The notes under the pieces were generated by a model. The model saw nothing but the letters and a program-made list of their open reading frames with translations. It did not search any database and had not been told where the DNA came from. Shown here piece by piece: positions 1 to 12,439 of a stretch of 64,000 nucleotides of DNA. Within the stretch, counting starts at the first letter, position 1; each line of letters opens with the position of its first letter. Position numbers and translations under genes: made by a program. Location of the stretch: the NCBI GenBank assembly GCA_012295275.1, contig CM022679.1, positions 17,546,001 through 17,610,000 on the forward strand, in the 5' to 3' direction. Origin of the DNA: Chrysomallon squamiferum. Lineage: Eukaryota; Animalia; Mollusca.

Positions 1-202
1 TTATATATTAACAAAACTGAATATATTATTATTATCTCATTTCTCAAATGATATTTGAAGAAAGTTTCAAATAAAACAACTCCTTTCAAACTGATTAATT
101 TATCGCTGGGCTGAAATCTATTATGATTTATGTGCATAAATTCACAGAACTCAAAATATAGCATGAAGGTAAATGTATAGACTACTTCAAAGATGAACTT
201 AC

Positions 203-3200
203 CACACCAACCAGAGGTTTGTTACTGCTACTGTTAATAAACACTCCAAGTTCCCTACCCAGGTCATATGGATAATAAGATCCTGCTTTCTGTGTGTTAC
301 TTATTCCTGGATCCTAGAGTAACAGAATGAGAAAACTGAATAAAACTGTATTTAGATGTACTGCCAGACTTTGAAGAAATAGTGTTTAGCTTTGAAATAT
401 AAAACTGTTTTAACATATCATCTTGAAAATTAACTTAGAGTTTACAAGTAAATTTATATTCATCAAACAGTCATACATAAAAGATCACAGTTGATATTTA
501 AATGTTTTAAGTCTTTTTTTGTTTAAATGAATATATTTTGTTTGGTATTTTAAATAAAACTGGATTGGTTGCTGAATGATTTAAAATTACCACTATAACA
601 ATATAATGCATTCCTTGTGCATGAAGACTATCCACCATTGCTGACTGATTTCCAAATGCTTGGGAAGTTGTGAAATCAAGATGTCTGTCCATGTAATCCA
701 AGTCATTCCACTGAGTATCCTGAAACATTTATACAGGTTAAAGATCCTTTACCAGAAATTGTAAAAGATATAATTTTAATTACTATTTAAAAAAAATAAT
801 AATAATATTCTTACATTAATATATATTACATACAAATCTTCAATAGATATTTTTATCTTACTTCACTTTTTTTTAATATAATTTCCTCTAATGATATAAC
901 AAATTACAGGAAAATTACTTTTTCTTTTAATAAACTATAAATTAATAGTTCTCTAAAAACATTTGACTGAATAAATAATTAAATAGTTCTCATTTTTTAA
1001 ATCAACCAACAGCAATTTACCTGTGGAATTCTGGCATTTCTCATCTTGTTAACCACATCAAGAGTCCCGCTGCAGTCCGATAGCCCCACCGACACAGATG
1101 AAAACCTAGACTCCAATATGGTGGCATAAAACTACGACCTACAACCTCTGTATATTGCTGGACAACATCAGCAGGACCTGGTCCAAGGAAAACATAAAAG
1201 TCCAGCACACCACCAATAGTTCTCCAGGTAATAGCTGGTGCAGGCTGTAGAATTACATCTAAACAATAGCAAAAATAGATGCTCTGAATAAAAGAGTAAC
1301 CATTTGTTTAATCATTACTCAACATATTTTTAAATTAATGATTATGGGGTATTGCGGAAGGATGCAGTCTTCTTATAATGATTATTCTGTTCAACAGAAA
1401 AACAAGCATAAATTTGAAAAAAAACTGGAACAGGTTTTTTTTTATAAAGCATTTAGTCAAGTTCCAAATCTGTTACCCTCAGAGTCCATGCATAATAATA
1501 ACAACACTAAACAACACCAACAATAACAATAATATTAGTTAGTTATTGTTGTTGCTGCTGCTGCTGTTATTGATGTTGTTGTTGTTAATTTATATAATTT
1601 GGATTATATCACAAATCAGTGAATTATTAATTGTTTCTTGGTACATATCTTTCATTCTACTAATTCTCACCCATAGCATTACTGTTCAACAAGAGAACTC
1701 CATGGCTGTTTCCATCATCTTCCATCACCAGGTAGAATGGGTGAGATCCATACAGATTTGTCTTTTCCTGTGTTAGATAACTATAGTGAGGTTCATACTG
1801 AATATATTTGACTTAAATGAATGGCCACACAACACTGAATATACTGAAATACAAGCTGCTACCTAAACTAATGTGCATATCTGGTAAAACCTAGATAAAA
1901 TTATAAAAGTAATCAAATTAAACCCTCACTTAAACAATCTATCAAAATATTACACACACAAACATATATATGCACACATGGACACACACAGAAACACCCA
2001 AACACACACAAAACAAAAACAGCAGCAAATCTGTATGCCTATATAAATAAATACAAAGAAGCCATATATTTCTGGTTAGTTATGAATTTTGTTTAGCATT
2101 TCTTTCATCAAATATAAACATAAATAAACAACCAAAAAATAGATAATTATATCCTGAATATAACCTAATCAGCTTATTGTATTACCTTCTTTTCAAAGTT
2201 TCCTTTTTGGCTACAAATCAAACAATCACAATTAGAGTATTACTTCATACAATGTGAACATTAAAACGAACATAAAACAACATAAAACAACACTATACAA
2301 GATATAACAGCACTATACAAGATAAAACAATACAAAACAACATGAAAGAGCACAAACAACATGTAACAACACTAAAACACATGCAACAACAAACATTAAC
2401 ATAAAAAGAACACAAGTAACACTAACCTTTCCTAGGAACACAAACCAACATAAAGTAACATAAAACAACACAAAGCAAGACAAATCAATACAAAACAACT
2501 CTTACTGTTGGAGGTTTGTCCTTGTTCCACAGAGTGAATTTTGTCCAGTTAACACTGTGTCTGAGAGAATCTCGGTGTTCGCCTAAACCATACACATTTA
2601 TAGACGGCAGGTAGTAGGAGAGCTGTAAAAACTGATCAGCAAACAGAAAACCTTCCACTGTTTTCATTCTGAAAAATAAGTAATAAAATATCAGCTTGAC
2701 GATGAAACAATTATAACCTTACTCAAATTGTGTATCTTATACAAACAGTGAATTTATAATTTTCAACAAATATACAAAATAAACATCACCTCCCCACCCC
2801 CAAAACAATTCCAACTACCAGGTATTGCTATTGAACAAGAAGATTTAAAAAAATATACATTACAAACTGTATCAGTTAATGCTTTATAATTGACTAACTG
2901 CTCAGTGAATTTTAAGGTGAATATTAGGTAGTTTTCTACAGAGCCCCAGTACATTTTATATCACTATAAGTGATTGTTTTATTATTTATTCATGCTTATA
3001 CTATATATTTACCATATTTCTAGATATGTGAAATAATGAATTATTTTATGAAAAACCAGTTTTTCAAATATTAAAACACGAAAGAATGTAAAATTCTGTT
3101 TATCAGATACAGAATAAAAATGTAATTAAAATAAACCAAAATTAGAATACTGTGTTTTAGTATTTCTTTGTTACTGAGACATAAAAAGATAAACAAAATG

Positions 3201-4575
3201 AATAAAGGAAATGTCAAAAATACCAGAAAATAAATACTAGAATTAAAGTTTGTACTGTTAAATAAACATACAAGACGACACCAGATCTCTTTCTGGTGAC
3301 AGTAAAATCAAAACACTGTTTTTCATCAGGAGTAGTAACAATGTACAGGTTGTCTGTATTGTTATGTGGCTGGAATCCTGGTCTTTCAAATGGAACTTCC
3401 CATCTAGGCCGTTTGTAATCACTGATCTAAATAATAAGAATTAATAAATAATTAAATAATTTAATTTTTTTTTTTTTTTTTTTTTTTTTTACAGAAGTAA
3501 ATGTATAGATAATTTTAAATTTTTAATTAATTATTTAGATGTCTCTAGATTCAGTATTAACTCATTAAATGATCAAAATATCCATGTAAAATCAACAGTA
3601 TATTTTAAAAATAATTATTTATTTATATATTTATTCTGATTTGAAAAAAAAAGATGTATATTTTTAAAAATAGCCCACTCTTAAAAGTAACAATAAAAAA
3701 AAAAAAAAAATAGAAATTAAACAAATAAAAGCCCCACTAAAACAGAATCAAAATATTAATTAATTTATTTTATTAGTAATGTCTAATGATGCTAATCTCT
3801 GAAAACTTAATGAAAACAAAGTGAAGAGTTAACTCACCTTGATTCGTATTCGATATTCTGTCTCATATGTGACTTCAAAATTCAGCTGCACAATGTCATT
3901 AGGATAATAAGATGAAGTGTTTCTTTCTAAAACAATTCTGGAACCTGAATTTGACATATTTATCTTGCTAAGAATGTAATAACCAGGATAGCTGGTGGGG
4001 TAGTAACAATAAGGAACATCAAGAGGAACATTCTGTCTTGAAGATTTCTGTTTGATCTTTTCCTTCTCCCAGCAGCAACCTCTAGATAGACATTTCTCTT
4101 CAGTAGCGCCATCTTCAGGGTAACAGTCAAACCTATGGTCTACAGGTAAAATATTACATTGCTTGTCACTGTCAAGTAAATTAAATGTTTTCAAATTAGT
4201 TTTTTCATCAGAATTAGTTTGATTCTTATTATTCACTTTAGTTCTTTGAGTACCTCTTGAAAGAGAAAAATATCTGACCAAAGTATCTTCTCCAACTGGC
4301 TCTTGCAGAATCTGCTTAAAAGGACCATTATAAAAATGGCCAATGTAAGATTTTTCTTGAGAACTTGACAAAAATAATGAACTGTTAAAAACTGTGTCTG
4401 TTGTGAAATGCTGTCTTGCGGTGCACCATGTTAAAAGTAGCAGTGATGTAAGTACAAGGAAGAGGATGACAGAAAAGTGACGGTAGTCATGTTTTGAATG
4501 GTTATTTTTCTTTGCTGTCTGCTTTTCTTTTATTATAGATAAATTGGACTTGCTCTCTGGATTTAGAATTTTCAT
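203..4575 (-). CDS. GAA: Lysosomal alpha-glucosidase (GH31), 5' portion; gene continues past the left edge of the window. Coding exons approx. 4575-3838, 3426-3272, 2668-2506, 1767-1671, 1258-1021, 719-591, 313-203
   Basis: N-terminal hydrophobic anchor and trefoil domain ([30 protein letters not shown]...PYCYYP). GH31 motifs: [80 protein letters not shown]. All introns GT-AG. Exon 1258-1021 is one base short (see findings). Confidence 0.95.
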
Positions 4576-4682
4576 ACTGTTTTTTTCACCTGCATTAAAA
4601 TAAATCAAATTAAATTAAATAAAGTGCAATGCAATAATTTATGATACTAGTTCTGATTAGTACATCTTGCAAAAAAACACAA

Positions 4683-4811
4683 TAACAGTACACATAGCAG
4701 ACATCACTTCTGCACAGGAACTCTCTAGTTCTAAGTAAACAACAGTACACATACAGACATCACTTCTGAACATGAATTCTCTAGTTCTAAATAAATAACA
4801 GTACACATAGC
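4683..4811. repeat. Short tandem duplication (~58 bp unit, ~2.3 copies) in the GAA 5'UTR intron
   Basis: aacagtacacata..cagacatcacttctg..aa.tctctagttctaa repeated with a few substitutions. Confidence 0.75.
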
Positions 4812-5257
4812 TGTTATAACTTTAAAATAATATGAGATATTATGCATGCACAGAAATTATCAAGAAAGAATAAAGCTATAATTTTGATTTGGAGAAAAGC
4901 TAAATGAAAGAATATCAGTTAGCATTATTTTGAATGATTTATTGTTTGTGCTAGTACTAGTTGTTACATTATCATGTCTGTTGTCTGAAGACTTCTGTCA
5001 CTTCTATTGCCAAGCAATGCTGCTATGCAAAATATAAAGTTAGATATCTTAAAAGAATCCCATGTACACTGCGCTTCAAGTAGATCATAAACTGGAGAGA
5101 TGCAAATTAACAGTTGTTGTGTGTGGCCATCTTTTTTTTATTTAAAAAAAAAACAAAAAATGAAAGAAAAAACAAATTTAAGAGGGTCATTATTAACAAA
5201 ATAAAAATAACCTGTGATTTATAAGCTTTGATATAATACAATATCATTGCTAAATAA

Positions 5258-5308
<51 letters not shown>

Positions 5309-5921
5309 GAAAAAAAGAAAAGAAAGTAATAATAGAAAAAAACAAATGAAAAGAAATTTAAATTGAAAGTGCAACCTTCTGGTATATAGCTAAGCATTTT
5401 GACAAAATCTGTGAGTCAAATTATACATTTATGCTCATTTCTACCTAAACAAACTAGCAGTCTTAAAACAAAACATACTTTTAAAATAATTTCCTCTTTT
5501 AATGAAATGTGTAATGCTAAATCAATCTTGTGAAGCAATCACAGGATCTGAAATCACATAATATTATGCAAGCAGTTCATTTAATTTCTGTAATGACATT
5601 TTGATTTTTATATAGGCTAACAGCAATCAATTAACAGAAATCAACATATGGTTTAGTATGTGACATGGCACAAAACTGCAGTTGATTATACCATTTAAAT
5701 CAATATAAACAAAACTACATCAGTTTTTACATAAACTGCAATTGACTGGTGCTGCTATTATTTAAATGATTTTTATTTCTTTTTCTTTCCATTTGGGAGG
5801 CGCGATTGTTGATGTTATTGAAACAGAAAATCTGATTTATTTACAAAATTCACTGATATATCAATACATACATAGTGATATACTTTAAAACATTAATTGA
5901 TTGTAATTTAGTAAATTATTT

Positions 5922-6584
5922 ACTTACTTGTAAAATAATGTACTTAGACGATTATTCAATAACACGTGATTAGAATCATGTGAGCATTAGCAGACATCTT
6001 GAGGTCATTAAACTGCACCTTAACCTTAATTCTAGGTTCACAGATCTTCTCTTATATCTGATGTCAAGTATGATAACTTCATAACAATAGTCCAGCATGC
6101 AAATATCTTACTACATGAAAATTAGTAAGGGAGGTAACTCTAACTTACTTGTAAAATAATGTACTTAGACGATTATTCAATAACACGTGATTAGAATCAT
6201 GTGAGCATTAGCAGACATCTTGAGGTCATTAAACTGCACCTTAACCTTAATTCTAGGTTCACAGATCTTCTCTTATATCTGATGTCAAGTATGATAACTT
6301 CATAACAATAGTCCAGCATGCAAATATCTTACTACATGAAAATTAGTAAGGGAGGTAACTCTAACTTACTTGTAAAATAATGTACTTAGACGATTATTCA
6401 ATAACACGTGATTAGAATCATGTGAGCATTAGCAGACATCTTGAGGTCATTAAACTGCACCTTAACCTTAATTCTAGGTTCACAGATCTTCTCTTATATC
6501 TGATGTCAAGTATGATAACTTCATAACAATAGTCCAGCATGCAAATATCTTACTACATGAAAATTAGTAAGGGAGGTAACTCTA
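5922..6584. repeat. Tandem triplication, 3 x 221 bp, upstream of GAA; each unit has a minus-strand GTAAGT donor plus an E-box and an M-box
   Basis: Unit starts acttacttgtaaaataatg at 5922, 6143 and 6364 and ends gggaggtaactcta. Copies look identical by eye. Confidence 0.95.
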
Positions 6585-6954
6585 ATTAAGACTAAACTAC
6601 TTTCGTTCTTTGATAGACAAGCATTTTTTGCATGAGTAATTTTGTAATCGTACTACAGAAATATGGCAATAATAGTTTCACTCATTTTGCTTTCATTTTT
6701 ACCAGAAACGGTTTTAGTTGACGTGACGCCGATTCAAGTGAGCATTGCTGTCTACAGGTGATCCTAAGACAATAACTTATTATAAGTTTCAGTTTACTCT
6801 CATTTTCATTTATTATCATGCCTGAAAGACTAACAGAAAGGCAACTTGCTACTGAAAGAAGGTATTTTAAGTGAATTATTAAAGATGAAACAGACTCTGC
6901 TTTAGAAGTTTATTAATTTGCGTCACTTAAAAAGTTTCATTCTTTGCATTACAC

Positions 6955-7378
6955 CAGTGATTCGCAACCAGTGTGCAGCGAAATTTTGAACGTCACATTA
7001 AGAAAATGCGAAAAACAACGTGATCCCAAAATAAAACAAACAGTAGTAGGCAAGGTGAAATCGAAAATATTCTCACTTCAGAAGAGAAGTTAGTTGCCCT
7101 CAAAAAGAAAATTGTAATTTGGAAAAAAAAGAGCAAACACTGCCAATCTTGATATGTTCCCTTTATTGCGTTCTGCCTGCATTAGAGAAATGATCCCTAT
7201 TGTGTTAATTCATCTGACAGCTCTGGACGAAAACATCTACGGTTGTATGCCGTCTATGACTTGCCATGTTTTTATTTTGCAAAATTCAAATATTTTTCAT
7301 ATATATTTAGACAGGTTGCCGCTATTTTTTCATGTGTTCCAAGGTGTGCCGTTGGCAAAAAAAGGTTGAGAACCACTG
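6955..7378 (+). mobile_element. Non-autonomous hAT (Buster/Charlie-type) element, ~424 bp
   Basis: TIRs cagtgattcgcaacc / ggttgagaaccactg. Perfect 8-bp TSD cattacac (6947-6954 and 7379-7386) with central TA. Internal transposase remnant (ALKKKIVIWK..., NLDMFPLL). Confidence 0.9.
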
Positions 7379-8469
7379 CATTACACTGTCATTGGGTTTA
7401 TATATATATAATTTACATAAGCATTTCGCCTGATATCGGACGACCTGCTGTCCCAATCTTGCTGAATATTCAATTTTAATATCCAAGATCCAGATTTCGC
7501 TTTTTACTTTCTTGTCAGTTTTGTTTTTAAAATCAAATAAATTAACAAAAAATGATCTAATAAAACGCCCCGTTTTCTAGACTTGTTTTGGTTACAGTTA
7601 TTATTGTTATTATTATTATTATTATTATTTATTTATTAATTAATATGTACATATGCACCCCGAGTATTCAGAAGGTTTGATGGTAGATTTAGTTTGAGCA
7701 TCGTTCCAGGAATGTTTTAGGACCGGTAGTACTCTCAAATTGTGGTACGACTAGTTTACTAAGGCGGTTTGAAGGCAGTGGGGTTCAAAGACTATATTTT
7801 ACGTTATACATTTAGCAATTATTAGTCAGTGGAGCAAGAGACAATAAAAAATGAGATTCTTCCATGAGGTTGTCACGGAATTCAAATTTGTTACGGAGGT
7901 CCCTTCATTTTTAAACGATGGACTTGAAAATGCGTAACTTTAATTGTTACTTCAAATCACATCCGCTCTTTTTTTGTTTGCGATGGAACTGAAATTGCTT
8001 AACTTTAATTGTAAGTACAGTTACATCTGCTCTTTTTATTGTTTCCACTAATTTTTCAACTTCATGTTATAAAAAGGCTGGCATTTGGTAATTGCAGGGA
8101 GAGCGAAGGAAACGGTCAAGACGAGAGTTTAGTCAGGAGGGGAAACGAATGTCAATAATTTATTATACCTAAAATGTTAATGTTAATCTGTCCTCCGTGC
8201 AGATTCTTATTTTGTCTTGGTTCCCCACATGACCTTACTCGTATGAGCTTACCCGTATTAAAATTTCTTAAACGTATGTTTTATGATTGTATAATGTATT
8301 ATTATTAAGTCACCTGTTTATCATAATTAAATAATTAACGTTAACCTTAACTTGTATTGTGTTTATTTTTCTAGTGGATAGATACACTTACTGATTTATA
8401 CAGATTGCTGTCAATTTAGTGTTTATATTTCTTGTTAGGTGGCCATTAAAGTTCCATGTTACCCTAGAC

Positions 8470-9419
8470 CAGTGATTTTCAAACTTTTTCAAGTCGTAGC
8501 ACACATGAAGCCTTACAAAAAATTGCGGGTACACTACACACAAAATGCTATGAAATATAATGCAAAATGTAAAAGAATACAGAAATAACTGAAAGAAGGA
8601 TATTGCGGCTGAATCGGTTGTCTATCCTCATTGTCCACATCTATGTCAGATTCTTCATCATTTCGCGCATAAACGGTTCTCGTCTGGAATCTGTACCGTT
8701 TGTTTTTCTTCTATGAGAGATCACTGATATATTTAGAGTTACGGCTCTTGTGTGAGATGTTCACTGATATATTTAGAGTTACCGCCCTTGTGTGAGATGT
8801 TCACTGATATATTTAGTTACCACCCTTGTGTGAGACATGTTCACCTATATATTTAGTTACCGCCCTTGTGTGAGAGATGTTCACTGATATATTTAGAGTT
8901 ACTGCTCTTGTGTGAGAGATGTTCACTGATATATTTTGAGTTACCGCCCTTGTGTGAGTATATACCTTTATTCATCATCTATTTTGTGTTGGTGAAAAGT
9001 ATGAGCCTGACGTGTCTTAGCAATTTCTTCAAAAATATTGTAATATGAAATACAAAGCAATGGACTTTTAAAATGTCAAAAAACTGTACAAAGGCTATAT
9101 TGTTAATGGTGTGCATTGTGCAGTGAGGGAAAACTTTTATCAAACGTTTGCTTTTAACAAATATAATATTCGATAAAGTATTAAAGTTTTAGATGGCTAG
9201 TGGCTGTGACTTTGGCTATTTATCACACTTGCACACCCTATCACTCATACTGTCACTGGTAAACTACTGCGCAGCAACCGGCTAGTTCTTACTGGATATT
9301 TTTCCGCTCTTCAATAATCAATTTTTTATCATCACAAATATCTACCTAGATCCTAGAATTTCGTGGGGCACACTTAAGCATGTCTAGGGCGCACCTGACA
9401 CAACCTTTGAGAACCACTG
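8470..9419. mobile_element. Non-autonomous hAT/Buster element, ~950 bp, carrying an internal minisatellite
   Basis: TIRs cagtgattttcaaa / tttgagaaccactg. TSD ccctagac (8462-8469) versus ccctcgac (9420-9427). Confidence 0.85.
8713..8958. repeat. Minisatellite, ~40-45 bp unit, ~6 copies
   Basis: Repeats of tgtgaga(ga)tgttcactgatatatttagagttaccgcccttg. Confidence 0.9.
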
Positions 9420-9427
9420 CCCTCGAC

Positions 9428-9703
9428 CACTGGTTTTCAACCTTTTTCATAACGCGACACCTTATGAGCATCTCAATATGACCAATGACCCCCTTTCAAA
9501 TGTTTGATTCAATAATATCTAGGGTTACCATATTTTCATCAACCAAAGACAGTACAAAAGGAATCCATATTCACTATAGGGGTCCCAAACCTATCTACAA
9601 GTTTTTATTTATTCCTCCTTCCAAGACAAGTTGAAAAAAAGCTAAAACATATCCTCGCTCAAGAACGATCTCGCGAATCCCAGAAAAAAGGCTGAAAACT
9701 ATA
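9428..9703. mobile_element. Small degenerate hAT MITE directly abutting the previous element
   Basis: Left end cactggttttcaacctttt, right end aggctgaaaactata. Flanked by ccctcgac and ccctagat (9704-9711). The left end resembles the reverse complement of the right end of the transposase-bearing element at 12223. Confidence 0.65.
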
Positions 9704-10133
9704 CCCTAGATTGAGCCCTAATAAAACATAAAAGGTGTTTAAAGGTGTGATCCCCGTGACAGAGGTATATAATTTTGTAAACACATTAGCGATTTTTCAA
9801 ATTATTACTCTAGTTATGAATATGAATGAATAACATTTAAATATCGCTAATCAGAGTAATTATTTAAGTTCCACCTTTAAGTCTCTGGTTCTATGTTTTC
9901 TTGACCAAGAAATTAAATATAAATACGTGTGTGGTTTATAAAAAAACAGCCCTTAAAAATATTGACATAAAATACTATTAAGTCTAGCCAGTGTTTAGCC
10001 ATTTTCAAAGCTAGTTCTAGCCGATTTCTGTATGAGCAATCTGGCAACACTGCCTCCCACTTACCTAGTGTTGTACTCGCATTTGCAGTGACACGTAGTT
10101 AGTTTTGTTTGAGTGATTCTTAACCCTTTAAAA

Positions 10134-12223
10134 ATGAGTGTAAGAAAGAAAAAGTACAGCGATGATTTCTTGAAGTGGGAATTCACTGACATAGTTATTG
10201 CAGGTGTGGAAAGACCACAGTGTGTAGTATGTTTGGAAGTTCTTGCTCATGAGTCTATGAAACCAGCTAAACTTCAAAGACATCTCCAAACTAAGCACCC
10301 TGATTTGAAAGATAAAAGTATTGACTTTTTTAAAGCAAAAGTTGTTTGTGTCAAAAGCCGCCGGCTTGATAGCAGTGGATTATTTCAAAACAAAAAATTT
10401 AGCCGCCATTGAAGCTTCATACACGGTTGCATTAAGAATAGCACATGCTAAAAAACCACACACAATAGCTGAGAATCTTATTTTTCCATGCACCAAAGAT
10501 ATTGTACGTCTCACGATCGGTCCTGGAGCAATAAATAAATTATCGCCTCTATCCGTGTCAAACAATACGGTAAAACGAAGGATAACAGATATGTCCGAGG
10601 ATATTTTATGCCAAATTATTCAAGAATTAAAAGAAACTCCAACTGGGCTGTTCAGCATACAGCTTGATGAATCTACTGATGTGACAAACTTTGCACAACT
10701 TCTTGTGTATGTTCGTTATTATAAAAATGAAAAAATTAAAGAAGATTTCTTGTTTTGTAAGCCTCTGCAAACTTCAACTACTGCTGCTGATATTTTTAAT
10801 TTAATTGATGATTTCTTCAAAGAACATTCAATCGAATGGGAGAAATTGTGCGGAGTTTGTACTGACAGGGCACTTGCAATGCTCGGCTGTAAGTCTGGCT
10901 TCCAATCGTTAGTTAAAAAAGTAACTCCAGAAGTAATTAGGACTCATGATTCATCGACAAGTATTAGCTACCAAGACGTTACCTGAACCATTCAAAGAAG
11001 TGCTTAACCGAGTGATTAAAGCAGTAAATGTCGTTAAATCAAGGCCACTTGCAACACGGCTCTTCAAAGTTTTATGTGAAGATTTGGGTTCAACGCATGA
11101 AGCACTATTGTTTCACACAGAGGTAAGGTGGCTCTCGAAAGGAAAGGCGTTGAAGAGATTTTTTGAATTGAGAGGAGAGCTGCAAATATTTCTCGCTTCT
11201 CAAAATGCAAGCGAATATGAATCATTGTTTACGGATGAATTTACGTTGTGCAAATTGGCATACCTAGTCGACATTTTTGAGATATTTAATAGTATTAATA
11301 CAGGATTACAGGGTAAGGAAAGTACGATAATATCTTTGTCTGAAAAGATATCGTCTTTCAAAATGAAATTGGAACTCTGGATCACCAAAATTAACCAAAA
11401 GAAATTATACATGTTCCCAACACTTGCCCAATTTGTTGAAGAAGCGGCAAATGAAATTAACATCGATGACTTATATGGCTTGATACAAGAGCATTTGGAA
11501 AATCTTACTGTTCAAATAAGAAATTATTTTCCTGATGAATGTTGCAAAATTTCTCCCTTACAATCAACCCTTTCAATGCCAGTGTGTCTGATGTCCCTGA
11601 AGCAGCAGAAGAAGAGTTCATCGACTTAACAAACAATTTTAAAGCTAAATCATGGTTTGGTGAACTGCAACTACAAGAATTTTGGGCAAAAAGTTTCCAA
11701 AAATTCCCAGTAATATCAGAAATCGCAATAAGGAATTTATTGCCGTTCCCAACAACTTACTTATGTGAAGCAGCATTCTCCCAACTTCTCATCCTTAAAA
11801 ACAAGTACCGAAATAAATTAAATGTGGAACACGACTTGAGGTGTGCTATATCGACAACGGAGCCCAGGATAGAACTGCTAGCTAAAAAACTGCAATACTA
11901 GCCGTCTCATTAAGGTCAGTTCATAAACATACTTTACATAACGGTGGAAATTTGTGTGTTCGAATAATTTTGAATTGATTTGCAATTAAGTAATGTTTGT
12001 AGGAGCTTTGGAATTTTTTATGAATAAATTTGAAATTAATCATGAATTTACGGAATGTATAGTTACTTCACGAATAAATAATCTATAATTCAATAATCGC
12101 AATATATGGCAGTTTGTTGTACAAAAAAATGAATGTATATATAAGATATTTTAAGGATTGGGGTCGCTTCCTGATTGCTTGTTCTAAAATGGGTCGCTAT
12201 ATGTGAAAGGTTGGGAACCACTG
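10134..12223 (+). mobile_element. hAT Buster/Charlie-family DNA transposon with a disrupted transposase (ZBED5/ZBED8/SCAND3-like); right TIR present, left TIR not identified
   Basis: BED finger (RPQCVVC...MKPAKLQRHLQTKHP), FSIQLDESTD, GVCTD, HTEVRWLSKG, LAYLVDIF, PFPTTYLCEAAFS. ORF broken by about three frameshifts and a TAG at 11899-11901; original end likely PSH* at 11913. Right TIR aaaggttgggaaccactg followed by ttctagac. Confidence 0.92.
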
Positions 12224-12439
12224 TTCTAGACTCTCTGATGAACGCTTAGATTTTCATTTGTCTGTAGTTTTTTACATTAAAGTCTGTATATAATGCCATG
12301 GGCAATGTCTCCCTATGGTTTTAACCTATATATATGGCACAAAAAACTTTTTGTTTTACGATGACATGGTATGCAATGTACTTTGTTATTATTATTATTT
12401 ATTTTTTTACCTGTTCGAAACCACAGCTCATAACAATTA

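Noticed and set aside
8713-8958. Regular repeats that superficially resemble a CRISPR array
   Set aside because: No unique spacers, eukaryotic context and no cas genes; it is a minisatellite inside a hAT element.
10134-11913. Domesticated ZBED/Buster gene or programmed frameshifting
   Set aside because: Several frameshifts, a premature stop and a retained TIR indicate a decaying transposon.
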